Below, one piece after another: positions 19,155 through 28,197 of a DNA stretch of 64,000 nucleotides. The position numbers were made by a program, and so were the translations under genes. The DNA lies in contig JBKQWE010000035.1 of assembly GCA_052139675.1 (NCBI GenBank), forward strand, positions 6,906 to 70,905, in the 5' to 3' direction. Under the pieces are notes generated by a model. The model was not told the origin of the DNA and ran no database searches. It was given only the letters and a program-made list of their open reading frames with translations. Source of the DNA: Candidatus Brocadiia bacterium (lineage in GTDB: Bacteria > Planctomycetota > Brocadiia > CAIUPP01). Each line of letters opens with the position of its first letter. Positions within the stretch are counted from its first letter, which is position 1.

Positions 19155-19532
19155 TCACTTTGTATTTGGGAAGTACTTCACGCCGGGCAGAGAATGAAAG
19201 TGGCTGTCCTGCGTCCAGATCGTTGCGCCGTGCGCCCGGGCGGTCGCAAGAATAAGGCTGTCGGCCATGTGCAGACCGTGTTTGCGGCTCAGGTTGGCGG
19301 CCTCCATCGCGAGCTCGGCGGTCACATCCGCAACCAGCCCTCTCTGCATTGTGGCCGCGGCCTGCAAGGCTTCCTTTTCTCCTCGCTCGCGCAGCAGCAC
19401 CTTGAAGACCTCATAGATCGTCACCCCGGGAACCAGGCACGAGCCAGGGTCCTTCAGCGCCCGCAGAAAAACGCCGGCGTGCGGCCCGTCTGCGAAGTAT
19501 TCAAGCCATCCGGAAGAATCCACGAGGTTCAT
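19155..19532 (-). CDS. vapC: PIN-domain ribonuclease toxin VapC.
   Basis: The product is 125 aa, with MNLVDSSGWLEYF... and acidic residues ...DSLILATA...TQDSHF placed as in a PIN domain. It overlaps the upstream antitoxin by 4 bp. Confidence 0.75.
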   Translation of the reverse strand: MNLVDSSGWLEYFADGPHAGVFLRALKDPGSCLVPGVTIYEVFKVLLRERGEKEALQAAATMQRGLVADVTAELAMEAANLSRKHGLHMADSLILATARAHGATIWTQDSHFHSLPGVKYFPNTK

Positions 19533-19735
19533 ACGCGGTCCTTCTCCCGCTGGAACGCCGTATTGATGCCTCGGACAAAGCCTCGCATTTCACGGATGTC
19601 CCGTTCCGGGATCAATTCGATGCGCCCTGCGTACTCGATCACCTGCAGTTTCTGGCCGGGCCGAATGCGCAAGGACTCCCGTACGACGCGCGGGATCACC
19701 ACCTGATACTTGGGCGACACTTTCACGGTCTGCAT
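19529..19735 (-). CDS. vapB: AbrB/MazE/SpoVT-fold antitoxin VapB.
   Basis: MQTVKVSPKYQVVIPRVVRESLRIRPGQKLQVIEYAGRIELIP is a swapped-hairpin beta-barrel antitoxin. An ATG behind GGAGGT was preferred over the upstream TTG of the ORF track. Confidence 0.7.
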   Translation of the reverse strand: MQTVKVSPKYQVVIPRVVRESLRIRPGQKLQVIEYAGRIELIPERDIREMRGFVRGINTAFQREKDRV

Positions 19736-19912
19736 GTCATTACCTCCATCGTTCAAGTTAACGTATTACGATATCTCTATCGTTCAGCCTTGTCAACGCC
19801 TGTTCACCGGACGCGCCATGCCGCGAACACAGGCTTGCATTCTCTCTGCGCTCGCATTATATTCGCCGCATCCCTGCGTCGGGGCTGAGTTTCAGGCCAT
19901 GAGGCGCCGACT

Positions 19913-21295
19913 TTGAGCGACAATGCTGAAAAACTTCTGACGCAACTTCAGGCAATTCTCGGCGCCGAGCGCGTCTCGGCCGAGATCGAGGAGCGGATCC
20001 TCGCCTCGTACGACGGCACGCGCCGCTCCGCGCTGCCGGAGGTCGTCGCGTTCCCGCAGACCGCCGAGGAGATCTCCCGCGTGCTGCGCTGGGCGAACCG
20101 CGAGAAGACGCCGGTCTATCCGCGCGGCGCGGCGAGCGGCCTGACCGGCGGCGCGGTGCCCGTCGGCGGCGGCGTCGCGCTCGACCTCCGGCGCATGAAC
20201 CGCATCCTGGAGGTGGACGACGACAACCAGGTGGCCACCGTCGAGCCGGGCGTCACCGTCAGCGACTTCCAGGCCGAGGTGCAGCGCCGCGGCCTGTTTT
20301 ATCCGCCCGACCCCGCCAGCGCGGATTTCTCCACGCTCGGCGGCAACGTCGCCGAATGCGCCGGCGGGCTGCGCGCGGTCAAGTACGGCGTCACGCGCGA
20401 TTACGTCACCGGCCTCGAGGTCGTGCTGCCGCTGGGCGACATCATCCACGTCGGCGCGCGCACGCTGAAGTGCGTCACCGGCTACGACCTCACGCGCCTC
20501 TTCGTCGGCTCCGAAGGCACCCTTGGCGTCTTCACGAAAATCCACCTGCGCCTCATCCCGCTTCCGCACGCGCGCCGCACGCTGCTGGCGCTCTTCGAGT
20601 CGCCCGAGGCCGCCGCAAACGCCTCGACGCGCGTCCTCAAGGCCGGGATTCTGCCGGCCGCGCTGGAGTTCATAGACGACGTGACGATCGAGTGCATCCG
20701 CAAGAAGCAGCCGCTGGACATCCCCGCCGCCGCGCGAGGCGCACTCATCATCGAGCTCGACGGCGACGAGGCCGCCTGCATCGCCGGCATCGGGGCCATT
20801 GCGGCCGTCCTCGCCGAGAACGGCGCGCTGGAGAGCCGCCGCGCCGACACGCCCGCTGACCGGACGCGGCTCTGGGCGTTCCGCAAGGCCGCCTCGCCCG
20901 CGCTGTTCGCGGCCTTCCCGAACAAGCTCAACGAGGACATCTGCGTCCTGCCGAGCCGCACCTCCGAGATGCTCCGCCGCACGCGCGGCATCGCCGCGAA
21001 GCACGGCGTCCTCATCGCCAACTACGGGCACATTGGCGAGGGCAACCTGCACGTGAACATCATGTACCCGCACGGCGAAAAAGCGCACGCCGAAGCCGAG
21101 GCGGCCTCGGCCGAGGTCATGAAAGCCGCCCTCGAACTCGGCGGCACGCTCTCCGGCGAGCACGGCATCGGCCTGACCAAGCTGGAGTTCCTGCCGCTCG
21201 AAGTCGCCCCCGTCGAGCTCGCCCTCATGCGCTCCATCAAGCGGCTACTCGACCCAAATAACATCCTGAATCCCGGAAAAATCTTCGCGTCGTGA
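19913..21295 (+). CDS. FAD-linked oxidase (glycolate oxidase subunit GlcD / D-lactate dehydrogenase family).
   Basis: An FAD_binding_4 domain (RGAASGLTGGAVP) is followed by the FAD-oxidase C-terminal domain ...GEHGIGLTKLEFL. The start is TTG. Confidence 0.85.
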   Translation: MSDNAEKLLTQLQAILGAERVSAEIEERILASYDGTRRSALPEVVAFPQTAEEISRVLRWANREKTPVYPRGAASGLTGGAVPVGGGVALDLRRMNRILEVDDDNQVATVEPGVTVSDFQAEVQRRGLFYPPDPASADFSTLGGNVAECAGGLRAVKYGVTRDYVTGLEVVLPLGDIIHVGARTLKCVTGYDLTRLFVGSEGTLGVFTKIHLRLIPLPHARRTLLALFESPEAAANASTRVLKAGILPAALEFIDDVTIECIRKKQPLDIPAAARGALIIELDGDEAACIAGIGAIAAVLAENGALESRRADTPADRTRLWAFRKAASPALFAAFPNKLNEDICVLPSRTSEMLRRTRGIAAKHGVLIANYGHIGEGNLHVNIMYPHGEKAHAEAEAASAEVMKAALELGGTLSGEHGIGLTKLEFLPLEVAPVELALMRSIKRLLDPNNILNPGKIFAS

Positions 21296-21338
21296 GCGGT
21301 GTCAGTAGCGTCGCTACGATTCTGGAGGTTCGAGGGAA

Positions 21339-21803
21339 ATGACTTACTTGCGGGCGCTCGTCGGTCTCCTGGTTGTCTTCCTCATCCTCGCCATAATGGA
21401 CCTCCACCGCCGCAGACGGCTCAGGTTCTATTGGTCGAGAGGCTGTGCAGGGAGACAGTGGAAAACTCAATTTCCGGAGGCGAGCAACGTCCAAATCCGG
21501 GAATTCCTTGGAATCTTTGGAAAAGCTTGGGGCGTCAGTCGGAAGAGACGGCTGAATTCTCGGCCTGATGACAAGATGATGGATATTTATCGTACCAGGT
21601 ATCCTCACCCGTATCCAGACTTTCTGGCAGAATTTGACGAGGGGATTGAACTGGAAGTATTCTGTAGGGAGATCCAGGACAAATACGACATTGACTTGTG
21701 GTCAGCATCACCGCAACTGACGCTCGGCCAGATTTTCGCCATGACCCGGAAGGGGAAGCTTCCTGATAGTTCGAGTCAGGTCACTGACACTTCCAAAGGT
21801 TAG
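21339..21803 (+). CDS. Hypothetical small membrane protein (one N-terminal TM helix); an orphan gene in a low-GC island.
   Basis: The ORF is 154 aa, with N-terminal LVGLLVVFLILAI. Local GC is about 52 % against about 68 % in the flanks. No family was recognised. Confidence 0.4.
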   Translation: MTYLRALVGLLVVFLILAIMDLHRRRRLRFYWSRGCAGRQWKTQFPEASNVQIREFLGIFGKAWGVSRKRRLNSRPDDKMMDIYRTRYPHPYPDFLAEFDEGIELEVFCREIQDKYDIDLWSASPQLTLGQIFAMTRKGKLPDSSSQVTDTSKG

Positions 21804-21820
21804 CACGAACCTTCGCAAGT

Positions 21821-23755
21821 TTACTTGCCTTTGACGTAGTTCAGCATTCCACCGGCGAGGATGATCTCGCGTTCGCGCGGGCCCAATTCACAGCGGAGGG
21901 CAATGGTCAGGCTCCTGCCGGGAACCATCAATTCGAGATTCTTCCCGGCGGCGATCCGCGCGCGCAGGTCGGGGACCTCGACGCGGTCGCCCTGCTGAAC
22001 GCGGTCGTAGTCCGCCTCGTTGACGAACGTGGCGGGGACGATGCCGAAGTTGATGAGGTTGGACCGGTGGATTCGCTCAATCGTCTTAGCGGCAACCATG
22101 CGGACGCCAAGGTGCATCGGGCATAACGCCGCGTGCTCGCGGCTGGAACCCTGGCCGTAGCTCAGGCCCGCGATGATCACGTTGTCCACGCCGTTCTTCC
22201 GGTTCGCGGCCGCCCGGCCGGCGAAAGTTGCGTCCACGTTCTCGAACACGAACTCGGAATATTTGGCGACGTTCGACCGGTACTTCATCCGCGAGCCGGC
22301 CGGAATAATGTGGTCGGTCGTGACCTTGTCCCCGACCTTGATGGCGACCTCGCCCGCGATCCGCTCCTTGAGCGGCTCGGCGACCGGCGGCAGCCCGATG
22401 CCGGCGCCGCGGTAAATCTCCACCTTCGAGCGGTCCGCCGGCGGCTGGAGGATCATCGCGTCGTCCACGTGAAATTTCTTCGGCAGCCGGATCGCCGGCG
22501 GCGCGGAGCCGAGGTCGCGCGGGTCGGTGATGACGCCGGTGATGGCCGCGGCGGCGGCGACTTGCGGGCTGACGAGGTAGACGTTCGCCGACTGCGTGCC
22601 GCTCCGCCCGAGGAAATTCCGGTTGCTGGTCCGCAGGCTGACGGCATTGCTCCTTGGCGCCTGGCCGATGCCGATGCAGAACCCGCACGCGCATTCGTTG
22701 ATGCGTGCGCCGGCTGCGACCAGCGCCGCCAGCCCGCCGCTCGCCACGATCATCTCCATCACCTGCCGCGACGCGGGCGCCACGACGAGGCTGACGTTCG
22801 GGTGCACCCGCCGGCCTTCAAGCATTTTCGCGACGGTCATCAGGTCGCGGTACGACGAGTTCGTGCAGCTTCCGACGCAGACCTGGTCCACCGGCGTGCC
22901 GGCGATCTCGCGGACCTTGGCGATGTTGCCGGGACTGTGCGGCGTCGCGGCCAGCGGCTCGAGCGCGGAGAGGTCCACCTTCAATCGCTTCTCGTACGCC
23001 GCGCCCGGCTCCGGCTTTAATTCGATCCATTGTTCCGCGCGCCCCTGCGCGGCCAGGAACCGCCGCGTGACGGAGTCGCTCGGGAAAATGGAGCTGGTGA
23101 CGCCCATCTCGGCGCCCATATTGGCGATCGTGGCGCGCTCCGGGACGGAGAGCGTGCGGACGCCCGGCCCGGCGTATTCGACGATGAAGCCGACGTTGCC
23201 CTTCGTCGTGAGCCGGCGCAGCATTTCCAGGATGATATCCTTGGCCGAGACCCACGGCGCGAGTTTCCCGGCGAGGTCCACGCGGCAGATGCTCGGCGCC
23301 GCCAGCGTGAACGTCCCCTGCGCCATGGCCGCGGCCACGTCGAGCCCGCCGGCGCCGATAGCCAGGCAGCCGATGCCGCCGGCGGTCGGCGTGTGCGAGT
23401 CGGAGCCCAGCAGCGTCCTTCCCGGGCGCGCGAACCGCTCCAGATGCACCTGGTGGCAGATGCCGTTCCCCGCGCGAGAGTAGAGAATGCCGTACTTCGC
23501 CGCCACCGTCTGAAGGTATTTCTGGTCGTCCGCGTTCTCGTAGCCGTCCTGGAGCGTGTTGTGGTCCACGTAACTGACGGAGAGTTCCGTCTGCAGCCGC
23601 TCGGCGCCCATCGCCTCGAGCTGCAAGTACGCCATCGTCCCGGTCGCGTCCTGCGTGAGAGTCTGGTCAATCCGGATCGCCAGCTCGCGGCCGGGCTCCA
23701 GGCTTCCGGAGACCCTGTGTTCATTGAGGATTTTGCGCGCGACGGAAAGGCGCAT
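21821..23755 (-). CDS. Aconitase-family (aconitase/3-isopropylmalate dehydratase-like) protein with catalytic and swivel domains fused.
   Basis: Carries the aconitase catalytic-domain signatures ...GSDSHT...NSSY... and ...GSCTNSS..., plus a C-terminal swivel domain ...GLSYGQGSSREHAA. The start is ATG at 23753-23755 behind AGGAGA. Confidence 0.8.
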   Translation of the reverse strand: MRLSVARKILNEHRVSGSLEPGRELAIRIDQTLTQDATGTMAYLQLEAMGAERLQTELSVSYVDHNTLQDGYENADDQKYLQTVAAKYGILYSRAGNGICHQVHLERFARPGRTLLGSDSHTPTAGGIGCLAIGAGGLDVAAAMAQGTFTLAAPSICRVDLAGKLAPWVSAKDIILEMLRRLTTKGNVGFIVEYAGPGVRTLSVPERATIANMGAEMGVTSSIFPSDSVTRRFLAAQGRAEQWIELKPEPGAAYEKRLKVDLSALEPLAATPHSPGNIAKVREIAGTPVDQVCVGSCTNSSYRDLMTVAKMLEGRRVHPNVSLVVAPASRQVMEMIVASGGLAALVAAGARINECACGFCIGIGQAPRSNAVSLRTSNRNFLGRSGTQSANVYLVSPQVAAAAAITGVITDPRDLGSAPPAIRLPKKFHVDDAMILQPPADRSKVEIYRGAGIGLPPVAEPLKERIAGEVAIKVGDKVTTDHIIPAGSRMKYRSNVAKYSEFVFENVDATFAGRAAANRKNGVDNVIIAGLSYGQGSSREHAALCPMHLGVRMVAAKTIERIHRSNLINFGIVPATFVNEADYDRVQQGDRVEVPDLRARIAAGKNLELMVPGRSLTIALRCELGPREREIILAGGMLNYVKGK

Positions 23756-24022
23756 CTGTTTTCTCCTGGTTTGCCGAACAGGGAATGCGGGCTCCAAACT
23801 GGAACGTTACACGGAATGGCCCGCAGAATCAAGGCGGAACGGGGTGCAGATAAGAATAAAGATGAGGGATGAAAGATGAAGGCGGAAGATCGCCGCAGGC
23901 GCCGGCGCGATAAATTCTTCCGCGCCGATTGACACCGGGCAAAGTGCATGGTAGGAAAGAGGTGGTCTGGCCGCGGCGAGAACCGGGCGCGCCACGCCGA
24001 GGCCATCTTTCGCGGACCCGTT

Positions 24023-27000
24023 ATGGACGTCAAAGAACGCCTAAGCGATCAGCCGTCGCAGCCGCTTTCGGAAGCGACCGCCGACTTCCAAGTGCTGGTA
24101 GAGAATCTCGCCGAGCCGGTCGTGATCATGGACCGCGCCGGCACGATCCGCTTCATGAATCCGCGCGCGGAGCGGATGCTCGTGCTCGGACTCAGGGAGC
24201 AGGTCGAAGCGTACCTGGGAGAGCCGTCCCACCGACTACCGGACAGCCAGGTCCGATTCCATGTCGACCGCTTCGGCGAGGTCGTCCTGCGAATCCACCT
24301 TTCCAGCGTCTCCTGGCAGGGCCGGCCGGCGCTGCAGGTGTCGCTGAGGAACGTGACGCCCTACGTCGCCGCCGCGGACCGCCTCTCGCAAGAGATCGAG
24401 AAGCTCAAGGGGGGCAACGGCGGCTCGCAGAAATCGCCCGAGCGGCTCGAGGCGCAGTTGCAGAGCCTCGCCGCGGAACGCGACAGTGTTTACGCCGCGA
24501 GCTCGCAGCGGCTCGCGCAGGAGACCGCCCGGTTCCAGAAAAGCCTGGAGGAAGCGCAGGCGCAGCGCGACCGGCTCGAAGCACAGTTGAAAGAACTGGC
24601 CGCGGAGAAAGAGCGCACCGAGCAGTCGCTCCGCGCCGAACTGGCGCAACTCCGCGAAGCCGCGCCCAAGGCGGAGCCGGCCACCGAGGAACTCGTCCAG
24701 GCCCGGCATTCGATGGACGAATTGGCCACCGCCCGCCGCGAACTCGAGGCGCGCACCGGACATAGCCCCGAGGAGTGGGCTTCACTGCGCCAGCTCCAGG
24801 CGGCCGCAGCGGAAGCGGAGAGCCGGCTCGCGGCGGCGCAGAAGCAGTCCGCGGTGGAGGCCGAGAAGTCGAGCGCCGAGCGGAGCCAGGCGCAGGAGGT
24901 GGCACAATCGCTCCGCGGGCAGCTCGCGGAAGCCGAGCGCGCAACGGCGGAGTCGGCCGAGCGCAATCGGCGGCTCGAAGAACAGGTGAATCAGCTCGCC
25001 GCCGAGCGCGAGAACGCCGCCCGGCAGCTTCAGGACGTTATCGCTGCGCGGGGCCGGTCACAGGATGAAATCGCGCAGTTACAGCAGCAGCTCGATGCGG
25101 GCGGCCTCGCGCGGAAGGAATTGAGCGCCGCCTGCCAGGCGCTCGAGGAGCGAGCCCGGCGGCAGGCCGACGAACTGCTGAAATCCGGTGCGCAGCTTCA
25201 AGCCGAGTCCGCGCGCCGCGCCGAGTCGGTGGAGGCCGCCGCACAACTTCAAGCCCAGGTCGCCAATGGCGACAAAGCCCAGGCGGAAAATGAACGCCTT
25301 CGGCAGCAGGTCGCTGAAACCGAGAGTGCGGGCAAGGATCTGCTGGCCGAGCAGCAGCGGCTGACGGAGCGCGCGCAACAGGCTGAGGAGGAGTCGGCAA
25401 AGCTCAAAGACCAGCTCCGGCAGCAACTCGAGGAGCTCCAGCGCCTGCGGGATGCAAACAGCTTGATGGAGCAGGAACGGGCGGCATCCGGGCGGGCGGC
25501 CGACGAGCTGCGGTCCCGCAGCCAGACCGTCGAGGAACGCGCCAAGGAGCAGGCCGCCGAGCTGGCCAGGGCCGCCGAGCAACTTCGGGCGGAAGTTGCC
25601 CAGCGCGAAAAAGTCACCGCGGAGGCTTCTCAACTCCGAGAGGAGGCCGCCGCGTCCCGGCGCGCGCGCGAGGAGTTGGAGGCGCGGCTCCTCCAGCTTC
25701 AGGGGCCATTGGCGGAGTCGGCCCGCGCGCAGGAACAATCCAAGGCAGAACTCGCGAAAGAGGCCGAGCTCCGGGCGCGAGCCGAGGCGGAAGTCCAGCA
25801 GCTCCGGCAGGAGAACTCGGCGGCGCGGCGCGATTCGGCGGAACTGGCCGCCCAGCGCCTCCAGTTCCAGGAAGAGATCAAGAAACTGGCCGCTGCGCAG
25901 GAACGAGCGAACGTGCAACTTCAAGTCGAGTACACAGAGCGAAAACGAGCGCAGGAAGAGAACGAGCAACTGCGCGAGCATGTCGCCGAGCTCGGGCGGG
26001 CTTCAGAGTACCTCCGGGATCAACGCAGCCTGCTCGAGGCGGAGGTGAAACGATGCGGCGACGAAATCGCCGCGCTCAAGCAACAACTTCGGGAGGAAGC
26101 GGGCGGGGGCGACCAGGCCCAGGCGGAAAACGCGCGGCTCCGTCTCGACTTCCAGCGAGAGCAGAAGGAGTGGGAGGCCCGGACCTTCCAAGTCGAATCG
26201 CAACTGAAGGAACTCGCCCGCGCACGCGAGGAGGCCAAGGCCGAGCTGGAGAAGGAGGTCGGGCAGCGAACGCGAGCCGAGGCGGCGGCCCGGCAACTCC
26301 GGCAGGAGCTCACTGCGGCGCAGCAGGCGCGGGCGCAACTTGCCGCTCAGCAGGAGCGCTTTCAGGCGCAGAGGAAGGAACTCTCGCTCTCGCAGGGGAA
26401 CGCCAAGGCGGAGTTGGAGAGAGAGATTGCCGGACGAAAACAAGCCGAGGGAGAAGTGGCGCGGGTTCGCCAGGAGCGTTTCGTCCTCCAGAGGGCGCAA
26501 GAGGAACTGGAATTGCGCCACACGCAGTTTCAAACGCAACTGGAGAACTACGCGAGGGCGCTGGACGAAGCGCGGCAAGGCCTTCAAGAGCAACACTCCG
26601 CGCGGGAGGAATCAGAAAAGCAGAACGAACAGTTGTCGCAGGAAATCGGTCAGGTCAACCGGGCGCTTCAGGAATCGGAGGCCAAACGTCTCGAACTGGA
26701 AGCGGCGGCGCCCGCCCGTGCGGCTGAGATGGAGCAGGTCGCGAAGCAGGCCGGCCAGGAGGCCGCTGAGCGCGAACGGCTGCAGGCCAGGCAGGAGGGC
26801 CTCGAACTGGAGCTGGCCGAGCTCAAACAGGCCGATGCAAAATGGCAGCGGCAGCGCGCCGAACTGGAAGAACTGGTGCAATTGAGGAGCAAGGCCATGG
26901 AGAAGACCGAGCAGCAGCTTCAGGCGGAGTCGGCGGCCCGGGAGCAGGCGGAGAGGGAAAACCTGGCCCTGCAGCAGGCCGTTGCCGAGGCCAGGCGGAC

Positions 27001-27916
27001 GAGCGAGGAAGTCGGAAGCGAGCGCGCGCGTCTTGGAGAACAGGTGAAAGAACTCTCGAACGCCCTGGAAGAAACCAAGGCGCACGTCCTGGTCGAAATG
27101 GACGAGCGCGCGGACGCCGAGCAGGAAAAACAACAGCTCGAGCAGGATGTCGAGCAGCTCAAACGAGCCGCCGAGGAATTGCGGACGCAGCGCGTGCACC
27201 TCATGGGGCGGCTGAAGGACAACAGCGACGGGCTCTCCAGAGTTCGCGAGCAACTCCAAGGGGAAGCCCTTGATCGGCAACGGGCTCATGAGGAGAACGA
27301 GAAGCTCCGCCAGGACCTGCGCGAGGCCCTGCGCCTGACGCAGGAGGTGAAGAAGAGCGCGGAGGAGTTTGAAGCGCGCGCGCAGGCGCACGCCGAGGAA
27401 CTGAGGAAGGCCAACGAAGCGCTCCAACAGGAAACCGCCGAGTGCGTGCGAGCCCGGGAGGAAAACGATCAACTCCGGGCGCGGACGGCCGAGGCCAGGG
27501 CGGTCCTGGAGGAATTGACGGCGCGGTGCGACCAGTATAAGGGCTCGGCCGAACAACGCGCGGAAGAACTGCGACAGCAAGCCGCCCTGCAGCAGCAGGC
27601 TCAGGAGCAGAACAGGCAACTTCAGCAGAAACTCGCCCAGTCCATGCAGTCCGTCGAGACCTTCAGGACGGGGTTCGAGGCGCTCAAAGGCCTGGCGAAA
27701 GCGAGCGCCGACGAAACGGCCCGGGAGAACGAAGCCCTTCGCCTGAAGCTGGCCGAGTACGAGCGGCAGGAACAGTCGCTGAGCACGGTCCTCAGCGACC
27801 TCTCCGCGTCAGGGAATAAGTTCCTGGGCGCCCTCGAGAAGTTCAAAACGCACGGCCGGGAGCCGCTTCGCCCAGAGACCCCGCGCACAGAGTCGGACGC
27901 GGCGGGAAATGGCTGA
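24023..27916 (+). CDS. Giant coiled-coil protein of 1298 aa with an N-terminal PAS-like domain.
   Basis: The N-terminal roughly 130 aa, LVENLAEPVVIMDRAGTIRFMNPRAERML...ALQVSLRNVT, looks like a PAS fold. The remaining roughly 1150 aa are A/E/Q/R/L-rich with heptad-like periodicity. The start was trimmed to MDVKER. Confidence 0.7.
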   Translation: MDVKERLSDQPSQPLSEATADFQVLVENLAEPVVIMDRAGTIRFMNPRAERMLVLGLREQVEAYLGEPSHRLPDSQVRFHVDRFGEVVLRIHLSSVSWQGRPALQVSLRNVTPYVAAADRLSQEIEKLKGGNGGSQKSPERLEAQLQSLAAERDSVYAASSQRLAQETARFQKSLEEAQAQRDRLEAQLKELAAEKERTEQSLRAELAQLREAAPKAEPATEELVQARHSMDELATARRELEARTGHSPEEWASLRQLQAAAAEAESRLAAAQKQSAVEAEKSSAERSQAQEVAQSLRGQLAEAERATAESAERNRRLEEQVNQLAAERENAARQLQDVIAARGRSQDEIAQLQQQLDAGGLARKELSAACQALEERARRQADELLKSGAQLQAESARRAESVEAAAQLQAQVANGDKAQAENERLRQQVAETESAGKDLLAEQQRLTERAQQAEEESAKLKDQLRQQLEELQRLRDANSLMEQERAASGRAADELRSRSQTVEERAKEQAAELARAAEQLRAEVAQREKVTAEASQLREEAAASRRAREELEARLLQLQGPLAESARAQEQSKAELAKEAELRARAEAEVQQLRQENSAARRDSAELAAQRLQFQEEIKKLAAAQERANVQLQVEYTERKRAQEENEQLREHVAELGRASEYLRDQRSLLEAEVKRCGDEIAALKQQLREEAGGGDQAQAENARLRLDFQREQKEWEARTFQVESQLKELARAREEAKAELEKEVGQRTRAEAAARQLRQELTAAQQARAQLAAQQERFQAQRKELSLSQGNAKAELEREIAGRKQAEGEVARVRQERFVLQRAQEELELRHTQFQTQLENYARALDEARQGLQEQHSAREESEKQNEQLSQEIGQVNRALQESEAKRLELEAAAPARAAEMEQVAKQAGQEAAERERLQARQEGLELELAELKQADAKWQRQRAELEELVQLRSKAMEKTEQQLQAESAAREQAERENLALQQAVAEARRTSEEVGSERARLGEQVKELSNALEETKAHVLVEMDERADAEQEKQQLEQDVEQLKRAAEELRTQRVHLMGRLKDNSDGLSRVREQLQGEALDRQRAHEENEKLRQDLREALRLTQEVKKSAEEFEARAQAHAEELRKANEALQQETAECVRAREENDQLRARTAEARAVLEELTARCDQYKGSAEQRAEELRQQAALQQQAQEQNRQLQQKLAQSMQSVETFRTGFEALKGLAKASADETARENEALRLKLAEYERQEQSLSTVLSDLSASGNKFLGALEKFKTHGREPLRPETPRTESDAAGNG

Positions 27917-28006
27917 ATCCTGAACGCCGTCCGCGCGGAAAAAGTCAGGACACAGTGGCGCGGCCTGTTGCGCGGACTCACGTCCGGAGACGATTGGGAC
28001 CCGCAA

Positions 28007-28120
28007 CTATTTCTTTTTGCACGTGCACTTCGTGGAAGGTTTCTTACAGCCTGAGCAAACTCCGTCCTTGATCGCCGCCCCGCATTTGCTGCACGGGGTA
28101 CAACCGCATGTCTGGCACAT
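28007..28120 (-). CDS. Candidate 37-aa cysteine/lysine-rich micro-protein (metallothionein-like), below the ORF-track length cut-off.
   Basis: Translates as MCQTCGCTPCSKCGAAIKDGVCSGCKKPSTKCTCKKK, with 9 Cys in CxxC and CxC spacing and 8 Lys. An AGGGGGA Shine-Dalgarno sits about 10 nt upstream, and the stop is TAG at 28007. It lies 77 bp downstream of the 380-aa hypothetical gene on the same strand. Confidence 0.35.
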   Translation of the reverse strand: MCQTCGCTPCSKCGAAIKDGVCSGCKKPSTKCTCKKK

Positions 28121-28197
28121 GATGGAACATCCCCCTTTCCTCTGCTCGCCGCCCCACTGTATCCTTCCTGACAGCTAAGCAACTGACGGGAGAATTG

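Noticed and set aside
27622-28182. 186-aa minus-strand ORF overlapping the Cys-rich micro-ORF.
   Set aside because: Its translation is R/S/A-rich and repetitive. It is in a different frame from the compact Cys/Lys-rich ORF, which has its own RBS, and it also overlaps the 3' end of the coiled-coil gene.
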